Shown in pieces: positions 49,661 through 57,554 of a DNA stretch of 64,000 nucleotides (positions within the stretch are counted from its first letter, which is position 1; each line of letters begins with the position of its first letter). The notes under the pieces are model-generated. The model saw only the letters and a list, made by a program, of their open reading frames with translations. It had not been told where the DNA came from and ran no database searches. The translations under genes were made by a program, and so were the position numbers. This DNA is from a virus, in IMG/VR virus record IMGVR_UViG_3300032893_000024, positions 1-64,000 of that record. One strand, written 5' to 3'.

Positions 49661-50098
49661 ATGAATACTCTCGAGCAGGAATTCATGCAGCGCCTCATGG
49701 TCGCCCTTTCCAGGCGACCAAACATCAAAGTGCACAGACAGAATACCGGAATGGTTCTGAAGAAACATGGGGGAGTGTTTCACGCAGGCCCACCTCCTGG
49801 TGCTGCTGACATCTCCGGAATCGTTGGCCCCGAAGGGTGGAGACTGGAAGTCGAAACCAAGGGACAGGAGACTAAGAACCAGGATAACCAGAAACTGTGG
49901 GGAGAGATGATCCGTAAGCATGGCGGCATCTACGCGAAGGTCCGCTACGAAGAAAAGCTTTCGATGGAACAGAACATCGAGGCGGCAGTCGCGATGGTCA
50001 TGACGGAGATCCTACGAAAGAGGTTGTCGTGTAAACCTGCTCGCGGCGAAAAGATCGATGCTCGCATGGAAGAATTATTTCCAAGGAAAGAGAAATGA
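49661..50098 (+). CDS. VRR-NUC domain nuclease
   Basis: GAADISGIV ... WRLEVETKG (D...E-x-K) with typical VRR-NUC spacing and size. Confidence 0.75.
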   Translation: MNTLEQEFMQRLMVALSRRPNIKVHRQNTGMVLKKHGGVFHAGPPPGAADISGIVGPEGWRLEVETKGQETKNQDNQKLWGEMIRKHGGIYAKVRYEEKLSMEQNIEAAVAMVMTEILRKRLSCKPARGEKIDARMEELFPRKEK

Positions 50099-50111
50099 GG
50101 TTGTCGTACAA

Positions 50112-50747
50112 ATGGAGAAAAGGTTCACATCCGCATCGAAGAAACCACGCGCGCGGCCTAAAGAGCGCCAAATGAAGAGAGTAGTCATCGAATCGCCGCT
50201 CGCTGGTGATCTCCATCGGAACATCCGCTACGCACGCCTCTGCGCGCTGGACTGCATCCGTCGTGGCGAGGCACCGTTTGCGTCGCACCTGCTGATGACG
50301 CAGTTCCTCGATGACACCGTTCCAGAGCAGCGACGCCTCGGAATCGATACTGGTCTCGCGTGGGCAGCTGTCGGTGACGTCCGAGCGGTCTACGAAGACC
50401 TCGGTGTGAGCACTGGGATGCTAGCCGGAATCGAAAGCGCCATGCTCATTGGTCAGCCAATCGAACGAAGGAAGTTGCCGGGGGACTTGATGGCCATGCT
50501 CGACGGGCCGCTGAGTGGGGTGCTCCAACATACGGAAGGCATCAAGAAACGGTTTACTCCACCACGCTACGACACGGTGTTCGCTGAAGGCACGAGGCAA
50601 CTCGACGCCATGGCCGCTGGAAAGGAAATCATCGGGTGGCATTGCCCAAGCTGCGGCTGCAGCTCTCGCGGCTCAGAGCCGGACTTCGCTGACTGCCCGG
50701 TGTGCCCGGACCAAAAGATGGTCCCGACCTACGAGTACGAGCGCTAA
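50112..50747 (+). CDS. DUF4406/nucleoside-deoxyribosyltransferase-fold-like protein with C-terminal zinc ribbon
   Basis: VVIESPLAGD..N..YARLCALDCIRRGEAPFASHLLMTQFLDD...QRRLGI..GLAW..VGDVRAVYEDLGVSTGMLAGIESA matches, from memory, the phage DUF4406-type pattern. Ends with CPSCGC...CPVCPD. Confidence 0.45.
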   Translation: MEKRFTSASKKPRARPKERQMKRVVIESPLAGDLHRNIRYARLCALDCIRRGEAPFASHLLMTQFLDDTVPEQRRLGIDTGLAWAAVGDVRAVYEDLGVSTGMLAGIESAMLIGQPIERRKLPGDLMAMLDGPLSGVLQHTEGIKKRFTPPRYDTVFAEGTRQLDAMAAGKEIIGWHCPSCGCSSRGSEPDFADCPVCPDQKMVPTYEYER

Positions 50748-50749
50748 CC

Positions 50750-50908
50750 ATGACGGGAAGAACCTATACTAGAAAAGAATTTCTCACCAAGACAAAGGCC
50801 GACCTGGACAAGTGGGAAGCGAGTAACAAAGCCAACGACAAATTGACGTTGGACTACAGCGAGTGGTTCGAGAGTTTTCTAAATTCGCTCAAGGAGGATG
50901 AGTCATGA
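50750..50908 (+). CDS. small hypothetical protein (52 aa)
   Basis: ATG 50750 (M17 of track ORF 50702..50908), directly after the upstream TAA. Confidence 0.4.
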   Translation: MTGRTYTRKEFLTKTKADLDKWEASNKANDKLTLDYSEWFESFLNSLKEDES

Positions 50909-51069
50909 GGTGGCGGCGTCGAAGGTTTGCGAAGCATCGTCGCCTTTGCAGACGTAGAGGTCACGAAGTTTGCGACTTGGGACCGTATACACTTCCCGAG
51001 TGCGATCGTTGCGGAGTAGTTGTACTCACCTATCACAGCGCGCGCATGACACGCACGTGTTTTCCATGA
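50905..51069 (+). CDS. small basic Cys-containing protein (54 aa)
   Basis: Own translation: MRWRRRRFAKHRRLCRRRGHEVCDLGPYTLPECDRCGVVVLTYHSARMTRTCFP. AAGGAGG 7 nt upstream. ATGA overlaps at both ends. Confidence 0.45.
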   Translation: MRWRRRRFAKHRRLCRRRGHEVCDLGPYTLPECDRCGVVVLTYHSARMTRTCFP

Positions 51070-51290
51070 GCGATCCGTACCGCACGAACGCTCTGGTCCC
51101 AGAGCCAGAGTACGACCGCATCGAACACAAGATGTGGTGGTGCCGCGAATATCATTTCTTGTTTGGTTGCATACGAAATTGCTGGGTCGATTTTCCAACA
51201 CGCCATGCCACTCCATGGATCATCGTTGAACTCCGTCCACGAGAGTACGATCGAATCCATGGGTCCATTGTTGAACTTCGGCCGCGATGA
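51066..51290 (+). CDS. hypothetical protein (74 aa) with short internal repeat
   Basis: ATG 51066 (M33 of track ORF 50970..51290). EYDRI and IVELRPR each occur twice. Confidence 0.5.
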   Translation: MSDPYRTNALVPEPEYDRIEHKMWWCREYHFLFGCIRNCWVDFPTRHATPWIIVELRPREYDRIHGSIVELRPR

Positions 51291-51706
51291 AACCTCCCCC
51301 TTTCACCCTCCCCGCAGACCCTATCGACGGTCACGAGGTCCATTGGTGGGCCGTCGAATCCTACTCGTACGGGAACGAACCGCGCGTAGTCGAATGCAGA
51401 GCCGTTTACCACGTGCTCGCGCCGGCCGCGCAGGGCGCACTACCGTTCAAAAACGAATGGAAAATCTTCCGGGGCGGGGAGTTCTCCGGGCGCACATCGT
51501 GTGGCTGGACCGGAGCGTGGGAGAATCGGGATTGGTCGGTGGAGTTTGCAACGGAGGCGGAGGCTCTCGCGGAGGCAGTGAAGATTTGCCGAGAGAGGGA
51601 GCAGCGAGCGAAGATGGAAACAGCAAGGCTCCGTCGGGTGAGGTCGCTGCTCGAGACGAGGTTGTCATTGGCGAGGGTTAGGGACAACATAGGGAGGTTG
51701 CGATGA
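51287..51706 (+). CDS. hypothetical protein (139 aa)
   Basis: Track ORF, ATGA overlap upstream. Confidence 0.6.
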   Translation: MKPPPFTLPADPIDGHEVHWWAVESYSYGNEPRVVECRAVYHVLAPAAQGALPFKNEWKIFRGGEFSGRTSCGWTGAWENRDWSVEFATEAEALAEAVKICREREQRAKMETARLRRVRSLLETRLSLARVRDNIGRLR

Positions 51707-51954
51707 CCTGCCGAGATTGCAAAGAACTTCAGGCGCGACTCACTGATGTAACGAGGGAAAGGAATCAGGCCGAAGCAAGACTGGATAGAGTCTTAAAACA
51801 ATTGTCGCAGGTTGATTCCTATCTTCTGAGAAACACCAAGCGCGCTCCCGATCACGCCTGCAAGCAATGCGTCCCGAACGGTCCGATCGTCGATCCTGAT
51901 TTCACATGCGCCTTCCACGCCGCTGAAGCTCGCGCAGCTGGAAAGCTCGCCTGA
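51703..51954 (+). CDS. hypothetical coiled-coil/Cys protein (83 aa)
   Basis: Track ORF, ATGA overlap upstream. Confidence 0.55.
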   Translation: MTCRDCKELQARLTDVTRERNQAEARLDRVLKQLSQVDSYLLRNTKRAPDHACKQCVPNGPIVDPDFTCAFHAAEARAAGKLA

Positions 51955-52733
51955 TGGAGCACCTGATCGCGGTCGCCCGCACCAAATACATGCGCGCGGT
52001 GGACGGTCCCGAAAACGATTGGCGCCCGCCTGAAGGCACCCACCTCTTCGAGGGACGCCGCAACGTACAAGCCTTCGCCTGTTTCGAGGTCGTCCCGCTA
52101 CTCACAGCGCTCAACGATACCTATTCTACAGACGAACACCTCGTCGCGTACGTCATGCACCGCGACGGCCAGCGCGTTCCGTTTCAGCCGCGCGTCGCAA
52201 AAGACGGCCTCGAGTACGTGCGCTCGCAGGGCTTCGAGCTTTTCGCAAACGTCGTCGTCCTCGACGTTGACAACGACGTACCAGCCGATTCAGAGAAGGA
52301 GCGCCACGCTCCCTGGACTCCGGAGCTCGTTACTGAAGCCGAAGCCCGCTACGCGCGGTGGCGCGCGGACGGCACGCTCACCTGGGGCATCTACCACACG
52401 TCGAAAGGTGCGCGCTTCGTTCAGCCACTCGATCGATGGATTCCGATCCACCAGTTCGAGTACCAGATGCGTGCCTTTTACGAGCGCGTGATGGCCCTCC
52501 ACCGTGAAGGAGAGCGCTGGCGCCCGGACGAGCGGTGTAAGGACTGGACGCGCCACTTCCGACTCCCGAACGTGGTCCGCGACGGAAAGGACTACCGCTC
52601 GCCCCTCGTGGACTTCGCGAGCATGCGTCCCGTGACCCCGGCGGATCCGCCAGCCATGCCAACAAGCGAACCTCCAATCCGGGAGCGCCCGAGGAGGCCT
52701 CGCGCGGAGCCGCCTACCTCGTTTCACGACTGA
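51954..52733 (+). CDS. primase-polymerase (AEP)-like protein
   Basis: NVVVLDVDND (DxD motif I), WGIYHTSKGARFV (s-x-H motif II-like), WTRHFRLPN. Located directly upstream of a large P-loop helicase. Confidence 0.5.
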   Translation: MEHLIAVARTKYMRAVDGPENDWRPPEGTHLFEGRRNVQAFACFEVVPLLTALNDTYSTDEHLVAYVMHRDGQRVPFQPRVAKDGLEYVRSQGFELFANVVVLDVDNDVPADSEKERHAPWTPELVTEAEARYARWRADGTLTWGIYHTSKGARFVQPLDRWIPIHQFEYQMRAFYERVMALHREGERWRPDERCKDWTRHFRLPNVVRDGKDYRSPLVDFASMRPVTPADPPAMPTSEPPIRERPRRPRAEPPTSFHD

Positions 52734-52791
52734 TCTGCCGGACGAGTGGGCGCCGCGCGCCGATCGCATAGCTGCCACGATCCGCGAGCAC

Positions 52792-55050
52792 GTGCCCCGC
52801 GGGACGTGGAACGATCTATTTTTAGCCCTCTCCGGCGCGCTCTGCTCCACTGGCGTCGCGCTCACACTCGTCCCGCAGATCGTAGCTACAGTCTCCTCCC
52901 TCGTTGGTACCGGCAGCGTCCAGAAGGACCGCTCCACCGCCGAACGTACGGCGCGCCGTTACGCCTCGCGCGCGCGCCACACGGGCATGCGCGCCCTTCG
53001 TACCAAGTGGCCGTCTGTCGCGATCGCGGTCTCCGCGGTGGCTGGATGGGATCCGGACGCGGTCCGCGAGCAGAACAAGGAACAGGTAGCCGCAGCCGTC
53101 GAGGAGATGCGCCGCACGATCGCTGGCGCAGCCGATCGTCTCATCCTGGTCAGCTCCGAATGCGGCCTCGGCAAGAGCCGTGCAGCGCTCGACGTCGCCG
53201 AGCAGCGCGCCGCCAGCAACCTCAAGACCGGCATCTCTGCGCCCACCAACGAGCTCGCGGTCCAACACTTCCGCGATCTACGCGACCGTGGCGTACCCGT
53301 CCGCCGCCTGTTCGGCCCCCTCAGCGTCACGGGACCAGATGAGTGCATCCACCGCAAGCGCGCGCTCCCGCTCGTAAACGGCGGACAGTCGCTCCATCGT
53401 GAGTTCTGCGTCGGTCGCAAGGGTACCTCGAAGTGTGAACGCTACGACCGCTGCGACATCCGTGACGGAGTCGAAGGCGACGAAGGAGCACACGTCGTCG
53501 TCACGACTCACGCCCTTCTCGGAGCGCTCACCGCAGAAGTGGGTCAGCGCGGCCTCCTCGTCATCGACGAGCCACCAGCGCCAGTCATCTCCGAGTCGCT
53601 CACGAGCGACGACCTGGACAACCTCATGGATCAACGCGAGGCATTCAATCAGCTGTACACGATCTCCATGCAACCCGTCGTGGATACGGCGCGCTCGTAT
53701 CGCACGGAGGAGTCGCAGGAGGCCGATGAGGTGTTCGGAGGAATCACCGGGCTCGGTAACGCCTTCCCTCCGGGCTGGAAGGGAACGTCGCCACCTTTGA
53801 AGTCCGATCGGATTCTCATGATCCGCAAGGGGTTCAAGAACGACTCGGCCAGCGAGGGAGCTGCGTCGCGTGTGTACAAGGTGCTGTACGAGGTGGCTGC
53901 CGCAGCGAACGGTGCCCCCCAGCCCGAGGATCCCGGAGATCTACTCAGCCGCCGCGTCCTGATCCGCTACCAGAAGATCGAAGGAAAGGAAGGCCGCGGA
54001 GATCTCTGCATCACGCGCATGGACCGCGCTCTCGAGCGCGCCGTCACCCGGACCATCTCGGTCGGAGGAGGCACGGTCATCCTCGACGCCAACGCCGAGA
54101 CCCATCGGGCGATGTACGAGCGCGTCGTCGGCTACCCCCTCGAATGCAAGAAGTTCGCGGCTCTCGACGGCTCGAACATCCGGCGCATGCGTGTGGACAT
54201 GCGGGCCTCACGGCGAGTGATGCTGCCGCACGGGCGTATCGCGCTGGAAGCGCTCCAGCGCGCGCTCGCGGCGGTCCGTGGCTGGATGGAGATCGAGGGG
54301 ATGCTGCTCGACCGCGATGGTCGGTACGGCCTCATCACATTCAAGCCGCTGGCGATTGCGCTGAAGGCAGCGAAGGGAGAGGAGCTGCCCGAGGGGAGCT
54401 GGCGCAGCGAATGGGGAGACCTACGCGAGTGCATCGGCGCCATCCAGCAGGTCTTCGCCATCTTCGGCGACGAAGGCTCCGCGGAGCGTCCTCCCAGCGA
54501 ATATCTGACCCGCCTCGAGATCGGGTGGTACGGCGCCGTCCGCGGCAAGAACAACATGAAGGACCTCGATGGAGTCATCACCGTCGGCGACCCGCGGGTC
54601 AATCTCGGCTCCGCCTTGGAGAGCGCGGGCTTCGTAGGCTTCGACGGCACGGCGGCGGATCAATACAACCACGCCCTCTGCGTGGACGAACTGGAACAGG
54701 CCCACGGGCGCCTGCGAACGGTCCACCGGGATCGTCCGGGCCGCTCCCTGCATGTGGGCCGCGTCACGCCCGGCGGAACTGGCTGGGAGCGACGAACGGT
54801 CGTGGACGGGTGGGATGAAGAAGCTCCCGGCTACGAAACGAACCCGACGGACGTTATAGATGAGTTCCGGGAACTTTTGTTACGGGTTCACACCAGTAGC
54901 GGCTGGTCACTCCGCGAGCTGGCTGAGCGGATCCCGGTCGGGGTCTCCGCAATCAAGGCCTACATGTACGACGGAGTAGCAATTCCGGACCACGTAGCAG
55001 TCCGCCTGCTCCAACTGCTGAGCGAAATCGGGGCAGAACGTCCCGAATAA
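52792..55050 (+). CDS. large P-loop NTPase / replicative helicase-like protein (752 aa)
   Basis: Walker A SSECGLGKSRAAL, Walker B LLVIDEPP. GTG start without a visible SD. The frame is open and protein-like for 57 nt upstream. Confidence 0.7.
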   Translation: MPRGTWNDLFLALSGALCSTGVALTLVPQIVATVSSLVGTGSVQKDRSTAERTARRYASRARHTGMRALRTKWPSVAIAVSAVAGWDPDAVREQNKEQVAAAVEEMRRTIAGAADRLILVSSECGLGKSRAALDVAEQRAASNLKTGISAPTNELAVQHFRDLRDRGVPVRRLFGPLSVTGPDECIHRKRALPLVNGGQSLHREFCVGRKGTSKCERYDRCDIRDGVEGDEGAHVVVTTHALLGALTAEVGQRGLLVIDEPPAPVISESLTSDDLDNLMDQREAFNQLYTISMQPVVDTARSYRTEESQEADEVFGGITGLGNAFPPGWKGTSPPLKSDRILMIRKGFKNDSASEGAASRVYKVLYEVAAAANGAPQPEDPGDLLSRRVLIRYQKIEGKEGRGDLCITRMDRALERAVTRTISVGGGTVILDANAETHRAMYERVVGYPLECKKFAALDGSNIRRMRVDMRASRRVMLPHGRIALEALQRALAAVRGWMEIEGMLLDRDGRYGLITFKPLAIALKAAKGEELPEGSWRSEWGDLRECIGAIQQVFAIFGDEGSAERPPSEYLTRLEIGWYGAVRGKNNMKDLDGVITVGDPRVNLGSALESAGFVGFDGTAADQYNHALCVDELEQAHGRLRTVHRDRPGRSLHVGRVTPGGTGWERRTVVDGWDEEAPGYETNPTDVIDEFRELLLRVHTSSGWSLRELAERIPVGVSAIKAYMYDGVAIPDHVAVRLLQLLSEIGAERPE

Positions 55051-55058
55051 AGATGAGG

Positions 55059-55122
55059 CCGGTCTTGCCATTGCCTAGTAGCCGGACCTTCTCTTTCTTT
55101 CACTAGGCAATGGCAAGACCGG
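55059..55122. terminator. very strong hairpin (perfect 21-bp stem, 22-nt loop) after the helicase gene
   Basis: CCGGTCTTGCCATTGCCTAGT (55059-55079) pairs with ACTAGGCAATGGCAAGACCGG (55102-55122). T-rich run (CCTCATCTTTATT) follows only on the minus-strand reading. Confidence 0.5.
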
Positions 55123-55467
55123 GCACAGCAGTAGGCTTTTGGAGCAGCGCAGGTTGCTTGAACCAGAGGCAGCTGTTTGAAAGCGCCGGGCGGAGGTCCG
55201 CAGCGCCGGGTGCGCGCAGCGACGAACCGCGCGGAGCGCCCGCGCGCTGGCAGCGCGCCGTTTGGGGGGCCGGATGGCCCATGACCCGTGGCGGGTGGGA
55301 TCGGCCGGTTTGAAGCGATCGTTATGGCCTTGTCCGGTATTATTCGTATGACGCAGGTTGACGCAGCGCAACGATGCCCGAAATGCCCACCGCAGTCCGG
55401 ACCCTCGCTTGACAATCGTACTTCTTGTGCAAACGCCGCCTTGAATTAGAAACCGTTTTCGCGAATA

Positions 55468-55950
55468 GTGAGCGTTGCGATGGATGAAGAGCAGTCGAGA
55501 AAGATGTCGAGCGGCGAGCAGAACTCTCTGCGCAACCGCGTAGGCCGGATGGTCTCCGGTTTGAAGCGACCACCCAGGCAGCTGAAGGCGCATGTTTGCC
55601 TGCACTGTGCCGGGGCGTTTGTGGCGCCGTCGGCGAACGTGTGTCCGTTTTGCGGGCACAACTATCCTCTGGAGGAGTACATGCGCTACCTCGCTCGTGG
55701 CGAAGAGCGTGGTTACGCTCCAGGATATGCAGCGCAGAAGTTCTTCGAGTGCTTTGGAGAGTGGCCGAGCGACGAGCTCCGGAAGATGGCGGAAGTCCGG
55801 TATTTGCCGGAGTCAGAAGACGTGAGGAGAAAGTTCTATGTGGAGCAACTCGTGATCGCAAACGAGAGGGGATACAGCACGGGCTGGGCAGCCCACCGGT
55901 ACCGAGACCGGTATGGAGGATGGCCGCCCCGGGAGTTCGGGCCGGGGTGA
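55468..55950 (+). CDS. Zn-ribbon protein carrying two copies of the helicase-type GW..YR..FG module (160 aa)
   Basis: CLHCAGAFVAPSANVCPFCG, then ERGYAPGYAAQKFFECFGEWPS and ERGYSTGWAAHRYRDRYGGWPP. GTG 55468 or ATG 55480. Confidence 0.65.
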   Translation: MSVAMDEEQSRKMSSGEQNSLRNRVGRMVSGLKRPPRQLKAHVCLHCAGAFVAPSANVCPFCGHNYPLEEYMRYLARGEERGYAPGYAAQKFFECFGEWPSDELRKMAEVRYLPESEDVRRKFYVEQLVIANERGYSTGWAAHRYRDRYGGWPPREFGPG

Positions 55951-55965
55951 GAAACGGTAGAGTGT

Positions 55966-56229
55966 GTGATGGAAAGGCTGTGTATCGAGTGTGGATCGGT
56001 TCTGTCGTCGGGTAGTGAACTCTGCGGCATCTGCGGTTACGAGCTCGCGTGCTTCGGCATCGCTGGGCGTAGCCGGACGCGCGAGCCGGCAGCCGATTTG
56101 GAAAAGGGCGAGTTCTTCCGGAAGCAGCTGGCCGTAGCCAGGCAGGCTGGGTATCCGGATAACTGGGCGACATACCGGTATCGCCAGCGGTTTGGTGAGG
56201 AACCGCCCGCTCAGGCACGGGTGGCGTGA
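55966..56229 (+). CDS. Zn-ribbon protein carrying one copy of the same module (87 aa)
   Basis: CIECGSVLSSGSELCGICG, then QAGYPDNWATYRYRQRFGEEPP. Confidence 0.65.
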   Translation: MMERLCIECGSVLSSGSELCGICGYELACFGIAGRSRTREPAADLEKGEFFRKQLAVARQAGYPDNWATYRYRQRFGEEPPAQARVA

Positions 56230-56239
56230 GCGTGGTAGG

Positions 56240-56782
56240 ATGGCCTTCATGAGAAGGCGCCGCGCTCGAGAAGAGAACCCGCTGTCGCAAACCGCTTGGA
56301 TGTGGATCATCGGGGGCGGTTTCGCGGCATCAGCCGCTGGGATTGCTTGGTACTACACGATGGGGCCGGGCGCGCCGCCTGGCTCCACGTCTGGTACAGC
56401 AGGGCAAGCTATCTCGAACGGCACGACGCCATCTGGCGCTGTCGTGTCTACGACGCCGAACAAGCAGGCCCTCACAGCAACGAACGCGAGCAGCGGACAG
56501 ACCTTCACGATGCACGTCGGCGACACGCTGACGGTGACGCTGTCGTTGCCGAACGGCGCTGTCAACTACTCGGCGGCGCAGGTCGTGGGATCGTCGCTGA
56601 CGCCGGGACAAGCGAATGTAAGCGGGGCCCCTGCAAATTCGGGATGGTCCTCCGGATCGTCCACGATGACCCAGGTGTGGACGGCAACTTCGACCGGCAA
56701 CGAGACGTTCAGCTACCAACCGATCGATGGAAGCGGAAACTCCGTCGGCCCCATGCTCTCCTTCTCCGCGGTGGTGACCTGA
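56240..56782 (+). CDS. N-terminally anchored exported beta-sandwich-like protein (180 aa)
   Basis: ATG 56240 (M17 of the track ORF). Anchor ENPLSQTAWMWIIGGGFAASAAGIAWYY. C-domain TFTMHVGDTLTVTLSLPNG... Confidence 0.6.
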   Translation: MAFMRRRRAREENPLSQTAWMWIIGGGFAASAAGIAWYYTMGPGAPPGSTSGTAGQAISNGTTPSGAVVSTTPNKQALTATNASSGQTFTMHVGDTLTVTLSLPNGAVNYSAAQVVGSSLTPGQANVSGAPANSGWSSGSSTMTQVWTATSTGNETFSYQPIDGSGNSVGPMLSFSAVVT

Positions 56783-56783
56783 C

Positions 56784-57350
56784 ATGATTCGCAAAGTGGA
56801 CGGACGCTGGGCGCTCGTGTCGCGAACGACGGGACATCCGCTCGCCTACTGGGGTGGATCGGGGAAGCCACCGGAGTGGTGGGTCAAAAAGCAGGAGAGG
56901 CGAGTCCACTACTACTCAGCGAATCCGCTCTCTGCGGTCGAGTGGGTGGTCGGTGGAATCGTGGCCGCGAGCGTGGGAGTGGCTGCGTACTTCATGGGGA
57001 AGTCTGCTGGAGGGCCGGCGAAGGCGTCGAAGTCGAGCCAGGCGTCGGCTCCCAAGGTCGTCACCGTGACGAACTCCGACGCGGACAAGACGATCCAATT
57101 GAACGTGGGCGACACGCTTGATGTGGCTCTGTCTGTGATTTCGATGTTTGGAGCCGCTTCGTGGCAGCCAGCGCAGGCAGTTGGGTCCTCGTTGAATCCG
57201 AGCGCAGCGTCGTCGGGAACGACGATCCCTCCGATCTATTCTGTGGAGCAGAAGTGGATGGCAGTTTCTCCCGGAACGGAAACGCTGTCGTACGCGGTCA
57301 CGGGCAGCGTCCAGCAGGCGCCGATTATGTTCACTGTCGTCGTCAGTTGA
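56784..57350 (+). CDS. paralogue of 56240..56782 with extra N-terminal domain (188 aa)
   Basis: Anchor ANPLSAVEWVVGGIVAASVGVAAYFM. C-domain TIQLNVGDTLDVALSV... Collinear with the upstream gene. Confidence 0.6.
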   Translation: MIRKVDGRWALVSRTTGHPLAYWGGSGKPPEWWVKKQERRVHYYSANPLSAVEWVVGGIVAASVGVAAYFMGKSAGGPAKASKSSQASAPKVVTVTNSDADKTIQLNVGDTLDVALSVISMFGAASWQPAQAVGSSLNPSAASSGTTIPPIYSVEQKWMAVSPGTETLSYAVTGSVQQAPIMFTVVVS

Positions 57351-57363
57351 GGTTCGTTGTTGT

Positions 57364-57407
57364 TGCCGTTTTGATGACGGCATGTTCAGCACCGTGGGTG
57401 CCGTCAT
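57364..57407 (+). terminator. alternative hairpins downstream of 56784..57350
   Basis: TGCCGT (57364-57369) / ATGACGGCA (57374-57382) / TGCCGTCAT (57399-57407). The middle arm can pair with either flank. Confidence 0.35.
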
Positions 57408-57519
57408 GGCTTCGGGACCAGCGTGGCGTCCCGATCGTGAGAGATCCGGGTCCGGACGATTTCTCTGAGAATCAGCGGCCGTTTATGGCGCGCGTACGCG
57501 ATGCGGGCGCCGACTCTGC

Positions 57520-57548
57520 TTGACCGATCTGCTAAAATGATCTATTGA
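57520..57548 (+). promoter_or_regulatory. candidate promoter TTGACC-17-TATTGA placed for a leaderless start at GTG 57555
   Basis: Hexamers at 57520-57525 and 57543-57548. The start codon is 7 nt after the -10. Confidence 0.35.
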
Positions 57549-57554
57549 CTGTAA

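Noticed and set aside
55075-56310. Several 150-316 aa minus-strand ORFs over the non-coding region and the Zn-ribbon genes
   Set aside because: Arg/Pro/Ser-rich shadow frames. The plus-strand genes carry repeated, recognisable motifs.
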